A model generated the notes under the pieces. The model was not told the DNA's origin. It worked only from the letters and a program-made list of their open reading frames with translations, and made no database searches. A stretch of DNA of 15,684 nucleotides from contig JAHQWH010000214.1 of assembly GCA_029856105.1 (NCBI GenBank), forward strand, positions 1 to 15,684, written 5' to 3'. Each line of letters opens with the position of its first letter. Position 1 is the stretch's first letter. This document shows, one piece after another, positions 1 to 8,294 of this stretch. The translations under genes were made by a program, and so were the position numbers. Source of the DNA: Promethearchaeia archaeon. GTDB taxonomy: Archaea > Asgardarchaeota > Lokiarchaeia > Sigyniarchaeales > SOKP01.

Positions 1-1310
1 ACGCTATAAGCCATAAAAATTCTCTTGTGCATGTCAATGTAACCATCAATCTCGCCCCTCCCAATTAATTGAGCTAGATTTTCTTCTATACTGGATTCAG
101 TAACCCCCAATCGATTAGATAATTCTCTCAAAGGCATAGTTCTATATGCTCTTGCTAGTTCTTTTATTTTATCTTCAAGGTATTTTCGCGTCATAAATTC
201 TCTTCTTTGACTGAAAATACCTTTTACCGAACCCGATTTGATAAGGTCGTGGAGTGATTTCCTTGCGAGTTCTTCTGCGATTTTTAACTTTTTTGCAAGC
301 TTAGTTAATTCAAACAATCCACTTTCTTTAGAAAAATCTTTGATTTCTTTATAAATTCTATCAGATGTAATAATTTCGTTGCCACGATCAGCAAAAAACG
401 CGGTAACAGCATTAGTCCTCATTAAATTGACGCAAAACGATTTTGATAGTTCCTTTGGTATATCGAAAACTTTTGCAAGTTTATCTAATGAAATTCTTCC
501 CTTTTTATTTATTTCTTTAATTAAATGGTCCATTACATATTTTTGAGTGTAATAAAATTGCTTAGTTTGTGAGAAGGAGCCTTTTATCTGAAATTGACTT
601 ATTAATTTATATATAACTTTAATGGCTATTTCAGAACTCATGTCAAGCATGGTGGCTAAATCGGTTACTTTCAAAATACCTTCGTTTTGTATTTTTGAAA
701 GGATTTTTTCTCTCATCTCGTACGAAATATAATAAAACATTTGGTCCTTCTGATCGACTATGCCGTATATACGCTCTTCGTCAATGTATTGATTAATTAA
801 TTTTATCATTTGTTGAGCTGATATATTAAAAGACTCCATAATCGTAGAAAAATTAGCGATTGGCGATCTCTTTAAAAATTCTAAAAAGCAATTAGGACAA
901 ACATCTTTTCCAATTATCCTTTTTAAAGACCTACGACATAAACTTAACCGATATCCTTTTATTAAATTATACTTAGTTGCTTCTCTTGCTAGTTGTTCTT
1001 TAGTAGGAAAAAATAAGCCAGGAGATTTTAAGTAGGAGTTCCAGGCACAAGTTTCATCTGAACACTCTAAGTAATATTGCCCAGACGACAGTCTCTCTAA
1101 CTTCAAAAGCGCTTCGCACTCAGGACACTTACTATTTTCAATAACGGTACATTTATAATACTTTTCAGCAGCGCTAGCTTTTGAATAAGATATTTCATGC
1201 TTTTTACAAAGCCAACTTTCTGTTGTAGCCATATGGTGGATGCAAAAACTTGAGTTGCATTTCTCACAGGTAAAAGAAATGTTTTGACTCTCGCAGAATT
1301 TGCATTCCAT
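1..1310 (-). CDS. Zn-finger plus tandem winged-helix (PCI/UFL1-like) repeat protein, partial (3' end outside window)
   Basis: Absent from the ORF track. Manual translation from ATG at 1310 (GGAG just upstream) stays open for 436 codons to the window edge. N-terminus MECKFCESQNISFTCEKCNSSFCIHH...CKKH...CPEC...CSDETC...CPNC, then five ~60-aa repeats, e.g. YYTQKYVMDHLIKEINKKGRISLDKLAKVFDI and AYRTMPLRELSNRLGVTESSIEENLAQLIGRGEIDGYIDMHKRIF (PCI-type winged-helix pattern). Confidence 0.88.
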   Translation of the reverse strand, partial: MECKFCESQNISFTCEKCNSSFCIHHMATTESWLCKKHEISYSKASAAEKYYKCTVIENSKCPECEALLKLERLSSGQYYLECSDETCAWNSYLKSPGLFFPTKEQLAREATKYNLIKGYRLSLCRRSLKRIIGKDVCPNCFLEFLKRSPIANFSTIMESFNISAQQMIKLINQYIDEERIYGIVDQKDQMFYYISYEMREKILSKIQNEGILKVTDLATMLDMSSEIAIKVIYKLISQFQIKGSFSQTKQFYYTQKYVMDHLIKEINKKGRISLDKLAKVFDIPKELSKSFCVNLMRTNAVTAFFADRGNEIITSDRIYKEIKDFSKESGLFELTKLAKKLKIAEELARKSLHDLIKSGSVKGIFSQRREFMTRKYLEDKIKELARAYRTMPLRELSNRLGVTESSIEENLAQLIGRGEIDGYIDMHKRIFMAYS

Positions 1311-1444
1311 TATCTGATTATCTCCATAATTGTTGAAAGATATAGATTTGTTTGCAATATATATAAAAATACTGATATAAATTATTTTATGAGACCAACT
1401 ATTGTTTTTTTTGAATTATTGATAAGTTTTTAATTTTTTGAATC

Positions 1445-1459
1445 AAAAATAAAAAAAAA
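1445..1459 (-). terminator. Putative oligo-T terminator downstream of the 1518..2222 gene
   Basis: A5-T-A9 on the plus strand is a T-rich tract on the minus strand about 60 nt after the stop codon, the usual form of an archaeal terminator. The background is AT-rich. Confidence 0.35.
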
Positions 1460-1480
1460 CTAGTGGAATATATGTAATTA

Positions 1481-1526
1481 CCTATAAGCCTATAAATCCT
1501 ATAAATCCGATAAGATCTTATAAGAT
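1481..1526. repeat. Degenerate 8-10 bp tandem repeat (5 units) containing two overlapping 12-bp palindromes
   Basis: CCTATAAG/CCTATAAAT/CCTATAAAT/CCGATAAGAT/CTTATAAGAT; palindromes ATAAGATCTTAT (1510-1521) and ATCTTATAAGAT (1515-1526). Confidence 0.7.
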
Positions 1527-2222
1527 TGGAAATACAGAAACTCCTAAAAACGATAGCACCATAACCGATGTATTAAAAAGTATAATTATAAGGAGCATAA
1601 TGTAATAAATTGTGTTCTTTCTGCTTTCTTTTGGCTTAACTATAAGAGAAGTGCCTTGCTTAGCTAAAGCAAGAGGAAATAATCCCACAAAAGTGCCTAT
1701 AGAGAAATAAAATACTACCAATAACCCTTCTATGAATCCGTATCCAAGAGATAATTGAAACGCTTGAGAATATAACATTAATTCAAATATACAAGGAGCA
1801 AATCCTGCTATGATTCCAAAGACATAAGGCGTTTTCTTTAATTCCCAATCTAAACTTGGAATGTCCTTAAAATATTTAGAATGAGGTAAATAATCCCGTC
1901 TTGTAATGAAGAATAAAAAAAATATCCCCATAAACATAGATGTGAACGCTCCAAAGAAATTAATAACTATAGGGTCGGGTGTAAAACCGGGTATAATAAA
2001 TCTTGGGACTTGAGTTATAAAAACCGTAACTGACGCAATAATCATATTAGAAGTAATTAATCCCAATCCATAAAGCATTAATATATAAACGCTCTTTTTT
2101 GGAGTCTTTGCTATTCCAAACGACCAAAAAAAGAAGATGGCTTTATCTTCACATGGAATTAGCGTATGTAATATTCCTAATAAAAATGCTGGCATTAAAA
2201 TAATAAAGTATTCTTGAACCAT
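1518..2222 (-). CDS. ~6-TM membrane protein of the CcdA/DsbD_2/RcnA(NicO)-like group
   Basis: TM1 motif LLGILHTLIPCEDK (compare RcnA GxxHAxxPGHxK), TM4 motif GIIAGFAPC, TM5 motif FSIGT; about six hydrophobic segments. Confidence 0.65.
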   Translation of the reverse strand: MVQEYFIILMPAFLLGILHTLIPCEDKAIFFFWSFGIAKTPKKSVYILMLYGLGLITSNMIIASVTVFITQVPRFIIPGFTPDPIVINFFGAFTSMFMGIFFLFFITRRDYLPHSKYFKDIPSLDWELKKTPYVFGIIAGFAPCIFELMLYSQAFQLSLGYGFIEGLLVVFYFSIGTFVGLFPLALAKQGTSLIVKPKESRKNTIYYIMLLIIILFNTSVMVLSFLGVSVFPIL

Positions 2223-2312
2223 TTTTTTGTTAAAGAGTCTTTTGGATTCTTTTATTATATTTCAATATTTCATGTAAAATTTAGAATTGAAATTATTTAA
2301 GTTTTTACCTTA

Positions 2313-3593
2313 TCATTTTTCTTTATTTTCCTTATTTAAGCAATATTGGCTAATCCCTATAAAAATAAGAATTAAAAATATTGTTGAAGCGAAATTAAAT
2401 GGAAAAAACAATTTTGTTAACCAAAATATTCCCATAAAAGCCAAATCAAAGAAATTTAAAAAGAAAAAACTCGGTTTAACATACTTTCTGGTTAATTCTG
2501 AGTTTCTTGGCAAATTAAATAATATAACAACTAAAAGAGGTGTTAAATTGAGAAGATGATGATCCCATGAGTCAAAGTAAGCAAGGAACATAATTAAAAT
2601 ACCGAATGTGTATCCATAAATTAAATCATATCTATAAAATCTTCTGAATACATATAAAATAAAACTTATACTTCCTAAAATGAGGAAAACGCTTAAAAAA
2701 ATAGGTAAAACGCTTAATTCGTTAGCGGGAACCCCAATATATAAGAAGAAATTCGATATGAGTTTTGTAATACTAAAAGAATGGTTTAAAAGCACTGTTT
2801 CAGAGCCAGTGAAATTTGTTTCTATAAACCCATTTAACAAACCCGGGTAAATTAGAAACACGATAATGTTTAAAGACAAAGGCAATATAACGCCTGTTAA
2901 TCTTAGAAAGCTTTTAGTAAAATCAAGTTTTAATTTTTTATTATTATAATCGTAATTGAGCATAACTAAGAAGGGAATCATGAATATAGTTGTTGGTTTA
3001 ATTATAATACTTAATCCTAATAGGAAACTTGCGATAAATTGCCATTTGATATCCTTGCATTTAAGAAATATAAACAGAGATAATAAAATAAGTAGAGTTA
3101 TATATAAATTAATTTGACCTAATATGTAATTAAATACCTGCGGTAATCCAATAAGGTAAAGACAAATGTATAGTATTACTCTATTTTCTTCTTTCTCGTG
3201 ATCTTCTCTTCTAATCAAGAGTATTAATTTATAAAGAATTATAGAGATTAAAATGTTTAAGATTAAATTGATTAAATTAAAAACAATAAATCCTAATTCA
3301 AAACCCATTAAATAAAAAGGAACAAAAATTAGAGCAGAAAGCGGGAAATACCTAAAAGGCCAAATATCAACATAATTTGCAGGGTTATAAAGGTTAGCAG
3401 GGTCGTTAACAAAAATCTCTCCAACTCTATAATATACATAGAAATCACTTTGCGTTCTAAATACCAACAACGTCATAAGTATTGAAAATATAAAATAAAA
3501 CACATGAAGAAATATACTATATCTGAAGAATTTAAATTTCCATAGTTCTACAGAGCGATTCTTAACTTGAGTAAAACGTGCTTTAAAATCCAT
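2313..3593 (-). CDS. GT87/DUF2029-family (GT-C fold) lipid-phosphate-sugar-dependent glycosyltransferase
   Basis: Polytopic; SDFYVYY after TM1 (catalytic Asp position), PFRYFP, LGQIN, IIKP and DSWDHHL match the PimE/DUF2029-type motif order. Confidence 0.82.
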   Translation of the reverse strand: MDFKARFTQVKNRSVELWKFKFFRYSIFLHVFYFIFSILMTLLVFRTQSDFYVYYRVGEIFVNDPANLYNPANYVDIWPFRYFPLSALIFVPFYLMGFELGFIVFNLINLILNILISIILYKLILLIRREDHEKEENRVILYICLYLIGLPQVFNYILGQINLYITLLILLSLFIFLKCKDIKWQFIASFLLGLSIIIKPTTIFMIPFLVMLNYDYNNKKLKLDFTKSFLRLTGVILPLSLNIIVFLIYPGLLNGFIETNFTGSETVLLNHSFSITKLISNFFLYIGVPANELSVLPIFLSVFLILGSISFILYVFRRFYRYDLIYGYTFGILIMFLAYFDSWDHHLLNLTPLLVVILFNLPRNSELTRKYVKPSFFFLNFFDLAFMGIFWLTKLFFPFNFASTIFLILIFIGISQYCLNKENKEK

Positions 3594-3621
3594 GTCAATT
3601 TTAATAAATAGTTATAAAAGG

Positions 3622-4353
3622 TTATATATTTCGTTTTCTCTTTACATATAAATATATAACAATCAAAAATGCACTTATTAAACTTATTGTGGCAGGTAAT
3701 ACATATAGTGGGATTTCATCAAGCGAAATATCAATGACGACTACATTACCGGTTTTATATAATTTAAAAGAGCTTAAAATCCCTTTAAGGTTATAGACTG
3801 CGATTATATAAACATTTTCAGTGGGAATATTTGGTTGGATATAATCTTTTTCAACTTGAACATTTAAAGTTGGCAAAACACGATTATCAACATCGTACAA
3901 ATTACCCAGTTTCATTTCCCCTAAATAATCGCCAATAGGAACGGGTAACCAAAAAGGTACAAAAGGCAAATAAGTTGAAAAATTAAAATTGGGCGGGTAT
4001 AGGTTTGGATTTTTTAAATATGAAGCTTCTGTTATATTATCAAGAGTTCCCCAACTCTCATCGTATTTCCACATCCATATGTTAAATGATGTTAATATTG
4101 TTGTTGAATTTTCTTCGATCGTATTAACATCCCATCTCATCCTTTTTCCTTGGCTTAGGTTTTCAAACAATCCCGCGTCTCTCCAACTTTCCCCAAAAAG
4201 CACGTTCATTTCGTTAATATTACATATATTGCATTTCCAAATTAATTGATCGCCTGTTCTAAAACCAAAACTATAATCTAAAGCATTTACGTTTGATGTG
4301 AAACTCCCCATAAAAATTAAAATAAGAGCGATACTTGTTCTTCTAACCTTCAT
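3622..4353 (-). CDS. Secreted/surface protein with N-terminal signal peptide and C-terminal membrane anchor
   Basis: Preferred start is ATG 4353 (GAGGT 8 nt upstream) rather than 4371. MKVRRTSIALILIFMGSFTSNVNA-L signal peptide, CNIC motif, N-X-S/T sequons NLS, NST, NIT, NFS, C-terminal hydrophobic helix followed by KRKRNI. Overlaps the upstream GT stop by 11 bp. Confidence 0.8.
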   Translation of the reverse strand: MKVRRTSIALILIFMGSFTSNVNALDYSFGFRTGDQLIWKCNICNINEMNVLFGESWRDAGLFENLSQGKRMRWDVNTIEENSTTILTSFNIWMWKYDESWGTLDNITEASYLKNPNLYPPNFNFSTYLPFVPFWLPVPIGDYLGEMKLGNLYDVDNRVLPTLNVQVEKDYIQPNIPTENVYIIAVYNLKGILSSFKLYKTGNVVVIDISLDEIPLYVLPATISLISAFLIVIYLYVKRKRNI

Positions 4354-5626
4354 GGGTGCCAACCTCAACATTGTTTGATTTTTTAACTAAACAGTATTTT
4401 ATAACTCCTAAAAGTGTTAAGATTAGAAAAAATGTCCCAACAAAATTATACGGAAATAGAGGATATGTCAAATACCAAATTCCAACAAACAAGATATCAA
4501 AAAAATTGAAGAAGAATAGACTAGGTTTTATGTAATTCAACAACTCAGTCTGTCTCGGAAGATTAAAGATAATAATTATCAAAAGAGGCGTCAAGTTCAA
4601 GAGATGGTGGTCCCAAGAATCAAAATACGTAAGAAGCATAATTAAAATTCCAAATGTATAACCATATAAGATAGAATTTTGTTTTCTCCTTATTAAAACG
4701 AAAATAATAAATCCGGTGCCCCCAACAATTCCAACTGAGACAAGAAGTATCGTTAATTGATTAAAGGGAATATTATAAAGAAAACAGAAGTTAGTAATGA
4801 GTTTTGTTAAACTGTAAGAAAAATTTAAAGCAATAGGATTGCTTCCGGTAAAGTTGGTTGCTAAAAAGTCCTCCCATAATTTAGGAAAAGCAGCAAATAA
4901 GATGAAATTAGCCAAAACAGGTAATATTACACCAAAAATTCTTATAAAACTTTTTAAAAAGTCGATTTTAAGCTTTCTTTTTTCTAAATCAAAATGTAAT
5001 ATTAACAAGAAAGGGATAAGGAAGATCGAAGTTGGTTTAATTATAATACTAATACCTAAGATAAAGCTCCCAATAAACTGCCAAACATTGCTTTTATAAG
5101 TAAGAAAAATTAACAAGGAAATTAAAATAAACAAAGTGATAAACAAATTAATCTGCCCGTAGATGTAGTTTAAAACGTGAGGCACTCCCATTAAATATAT
5201 ACTGATATAGAGTATTATTCTTTTATCGTTTCGTTCGTGATCTTTTCCGCGAACTATTTTTATTATCTTATATAAAAGCATGATAATTAGAAAATTCAAA
5301 AATAAATTTAGGGTATTAAACAGCACAAACGCTAATCTAAAATCTATAAGTGAAAAAGGAACAAAGAATAGTGCTGATAAAGGAAAGTATCGAAAATCCC
5401 AAAGATAATACGCTTGATTATAGAGATTGTTAATATCATTGAGGAAAATCTTGCCTGATTCGTAAAATATTAAAAAATCGTTTTTTTCGGAAAGAACCGT
5501 AAAAAACAAGATTATTGATAAAAAATAATAAAATAAATGAAGTAAAACAGCGATTCGGAATATTTTCTCTTCCCAGAATCTACTAAACTTTCTTTTTACA
5601 CTAATTAGTAAATCAACAAAAATCAT
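4343..5626 (-). CDS. GT87/DUF2029-family glycosyltransferase, paralog of 2313..3593
   Basis: NDFLIFY, DFRYFPLSAL, YGQIN, IIKP, YFDSWDHHLLNLTPLL; collinear with the other copy and almost the same length (427 vs 426 aa). Confidence 0.82.
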   Translation of the reverse strand: MIFVDLLISVKRKFSRFWEEKIFRIAVLLHLFYYFLSIILFFTVLSEKNDFLIFYESGKIFLNDINNLYNQAYYLWDFRYFPLSALFFVPFSLIDFRLAFVLFNTLNLFLNFLIIMLLYKIIKIVRGKDHERNDKRIILYISIYLMGVPHVLNYIYGQINLFITLFILISLLIFLTYKSNVWQFIGSFILGISIIIKPTSIFLIPFLLILHFDLEKRKLKIDFLKSFIRIFGVILPVLANFILFAAFPKLWEDFLATNFTGSNPIALNFSYSLTKLITNFCFLYNIPFNQLTILLVSVGIVGGTGFIIFVLIRRKQNSILYGYTFGILIMLLTYFDSWDHHLLNLTPLLIIIIFNLPRQTELLNYIKPSLFFFNFFDILFVGIWYLTYPLFPYNFVGTFFLILTLLGVIKYCLVKKSNNVEVGTHEG

Positions 5627-5793
5627 CGGTCAAGAATAGAAAACAATTTAATCTTCAATTTTTAGAATAATTCAATAAAAATTAAATTATTTTTCAAATT
5701 AAATCAAAAAAGAATTATTTTTTATATAAATAAGGTTTTTGATTAACTTAATACAGTTTATAAAAAATAAAAATTCAATAGGTTAAGGAAAAA
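5627..5793. promoter_or_regulatory. Divergent promoter region (GT cluster / dehalogenase)
   Basis: Very AT-rich gap between divergent genes, with a TATA-like TTTATATAAA near 5721-5730 that reads the same on both strands. Exact elements cannot be fixed. Confidence 0.4.
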
Positions 5794-6687
5794 GTGAAAC
5801 TATTAAACACACCCAAAGAGAGGTTTGATAACCTCCCCGACTTTCCATTTGAATCACATTTTATTGAAGTAGATGGAATCAGAATCCACTATTTAGACGA
5901 GGGACCTAAACAAGTAGACATCATTTTATTAATGCATGGTGAACCATCATGGAGTTTTTTATATAGACATATGATTCCTATTCTGGTGAAAGCAGGATTT
6001 AGAATTTTAGCGCCAGATTTAGTAGGATTTGGCCGTTCAGACAAACCAACTGAACAAAACGACCACACATACCTTAAACATGTAGAATGGATGACAAAAT
6101 GGCTACAACTACTCGATCTTCGAAATATTACCTTATTTTGTCAAGATTGGGGATCTTTAATAGGTTTAAGACTTGCTATTGAAAATCAGGATCGATTTAA
6201 TAGAATTGTTTTATCAAATGGGGGGTTACCAACCGGTGAACAAAGGATGTCTGATGCTTTTACTAATTGGCGGGAGTTTTCTAGAAATTCACCTTCTTTT
6301 GACGTCAAATTTATTTTACAGGGTGCAACCACCACTAAATTATCTAAAGACATCTTAAACGGCTATGATGCGCCTTTTCCTGACGATTCTTTTAAAGCTG
6401 GCGCCCGGATCCTACCATCTTTAGTTCCAATCAGTACCGATGATCCAGAACACGAAGCTAATAAAAAAGCGATCGAACTTTTTAAAAAATGGAAAAAACC
6501 CTTTTTAACAGCATTTTCTGATAAGGATCCAATTACACGAGGAGGAGATAGGTTTTGGCAAGCACTCGTTCCTGGAGCTGCGGGGCAAAATCACATAATA
6601 ATTAAAAACGCAGGCCATTTTGTCCAAGAAGATAAAGGTCCTGAACTGGCAGAAGTTATTGTAGAATTTATCAAAAACAACCCATAA
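5794..6687 (+). CDS. dhmA: Haloalkane dehalogenase, HLD-I (DhmA/DhlA-like) alpha/beta hydrolase
   Basis: HGEPSWS oxyanion motif, PDLVGFGRSDKP, nucleophile CQDWG, second halide-binding Trp in FTNWREF, YDAPFP, acid Asp in FSDKDPI, catalytic His in AGHFVQE. GTG start. Confidence 0.92.
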   Translation: MKLLNTPKERFDNLPDFPFESHFIEVDGIRIHYLDEGPKQVDIILLMHGEPSWSFLYRHMIPILVKAGFRILAPDLVGFGRSDKPTEQNDHTYLKHVEWMTKWLQLLDLRNITLFCQDWGSLIGLRLAIENQDRFNRIVLSNGGLPTGEQRMSDAFTNWREFSRNSPSFDVKFILQGATTTKLSKDILNGYDAPFPDDSFKAGARILPSLVPISTDDPEHEANKKAIELFKKWKKPFLTAFSDKDPITRGGDRFWQALVPGAAGQNHIIIKNAGHFVQEDKGPELAEVIVEFIKNNP

Positions 6688-6700
6688 AATAGTTTTAAAA

Positions 6701-8128
6701 ATGTCAATAATGAAAACAAGAAATAAAAATTTAGCATTTGGAATAATTGTTGGTAATAGAGATGTTTTCCCGGACCATCTTGCTAAAGAAGGACGATTAG
6801 AAATTATAAGTGTGTTGAAAGAATTAGGGTTTGGTTATGTTATTCTAAGCGAGAGCGATACAAAAGATGGCGTAGTAGAATCTTATTCCGACGCAAAAAA
6901 ATGTGCTAAACTTTTTAATGAAAATAAAGAAAAAATTGCAGGTATAATTGTAGTTTTACCAAATTTTGGAGATGAAAAAGGCATTGTCAACACTTTGAAA
7001 CTATCTGATTTAAATGTTCCAATCCTTATTCAAGCTTCATCTGATGAAATAGACAAAATGAATCGAAAATTCAGACGAGATGCATTCTGCGGAAAACTAT
7101 CTGTTTGCAGCGTTCTGTATCAGCACGGAATTCCATTTACGCTAACCGAAACGCATACATGTCCTATTAACTCTGATGGATTTAAAGCAGACATAATAAA
7201 ATTTGAAGGAGTCTGTAAAATTGTAAAGAAACTTAAAAACGCAAGATTTGGGCAAATAGGTGTAAGACCTAACGCTTTTGAAACTGTGAGATATAGCGAG
7301 AAAATTTTACAATTACATGGGATTACGATAGAACCAATTGATTTATCAGAAATTTTTGGAGAAATTAGTAGATTACCAGATGGCGATCCTAAAGTAAAGG
7401 AAAAAATTCAAGTAATTAAGGATTATACACCAACTACAACATTTCCAGAAGACGGCATATTAAAATTAGCAAAATTAGCAGTTGTTGTCGAGAATTGGGT
7501 ATTGGAAAACGAATTGGATGGTTTTGCTTTTCAATGTTGGCCAAGCATTCAAGATAATTTCGGGATTGTTCCCTGTGCAGTTATGAGCATGTTTAGCGAA
7601 GGTTTAATACCCGCAGCTTGTGAAGTAGATATTGCGGGTTTAATTGGTATGTATATTTTGCAAGTTGCAACCGAAACGCCTTCGGCAATTTTGGATTGGA
7701 ACAATAATTATGGCGACGATCCTAATAAAATGGTTCTTTTTCACTGCAGTAATCTTCCAAAATCATTCTTTAAAGACACTAAGATGACAATCCACCCCAT
7801 TATTTCAGATCTAAAAGGCGATGACCATAGTTTTGGAGCTATTCAAGGAAGAATTAAAAGTAAACCGTGTACATTATTAAGGATTGAAACTGACGATGTT
7901 TTCGGAGAGATTAAAGCCCTTTTAGTAGAAGGAAATTATACAGACGATATTTTAGAAACTTTTGGAGGTTATGGAGTGATAGAGATACCTAATTTACAAG
8001 CTGTTTTAAAGACATTATGTAAAGAAGGTTTTGCTCACCACGTAGCCGCCTCATTAAATGAAGTAGGTGATATTGTATTTGAAGCTCTTTCTAACTATCT
8101 TGAATGGAATATAATTTATCCAAAGTAA
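6701..8128 (+). CDS. L-fucose/L-arabinose isomerase family protein
   Basis: NFGDE, RRDAFCGKLS, FQCWP, metal-binding ACEVD, LFHCSN and GFAHHVA motifs of the FucI/AraA-related family. Substrate cannot be determined. Confidence 0.85.
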   Translation: MSIMKTRNKNLAFGIIVGNRDVFPDHLAKEGRLEIISVLKELGFGYVILSESDTKDGVVESYSDAKKCAKLFNENKEKIAGIIVVLPNFGDEKGIVNTLKLSDLNVPILIQASSDEIDKMNRKFRRDAFCGKLSVCSVLYQHGIPFTLTETHTCPINSDGFKADIIKFEGVCKIVKKLKNARFGQIGVRPNAFETVRYSEKILQLHGITIEPIDLSEIFGEISRLPDGDPKVKEKIQVIKDYTPTTTFPEDGILKLAKLAVVVENWVLENELDGFAFQCWPSIQDNFGIVPCAVMSMFSEGLIPAACEVDIAGLIGMYILQVATETPSAILDWNNNYGDDPNKMVLFHCSNLPKSFFKDTKMTIHPIISDLKGDDHSFGAIQGRIKSKPCTLLRIETDDVFGEIKALLVEGNYTDDILETFGGYGVIEIPNLQAVLKTLCKEGFAHHVAASLNEVGDIVFEALSNYLEWNIIYPK

Positions 8129-8145
8129 AGATATGCAAAACTCTA

Positions 8146-8155
8146 TTTTTTTTTT
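8146..8155 (+). terminator. Putative oligo-T terminator
   Basis: T10 run starting 18 nt after the isomerase stop codon. Confidence 0.55.
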
Positions 8156-8294
8156 AATGATTTGAATTTCTATCATTTCTGCAGTTTTGACAAAGTCTAT
8201 AGATATTCTTATATAGAAGTTTATCTAAATAAATTTTATAAAATTAATCCAATTTCAAACAAATAAAATCATATTATTAAAGGATTTGATATTA

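Noticed and set aside
1481-1526. CRISPR-like array
   Set aside because: Units are 8-10 bp with no spacers, and no cas genes are present.
2287-2559. 90-aa plus-strand ORF
   Set aside because: Antisense shadow of the GT87 gene; no motifs.
3989-4249. 86-aa plus-strand ORF
   Set aside because: Antisense to the surface-protein gene.
4839-5099. 86-aa plus-strand ORF
   Set aside because: Antisense shadow of the second GT87 gene.
6173-6358. 61-aa alternative-frame ORF
   Set aside because: Lies wholly inside the dehalogenase gene; no independent support.
8196-8218. Imperfect inverted repeat TCTATAGATATTCTTATATAGA as an operator
   Set aside because: Imperfect, AT-only arms are expected by chance at this composition.
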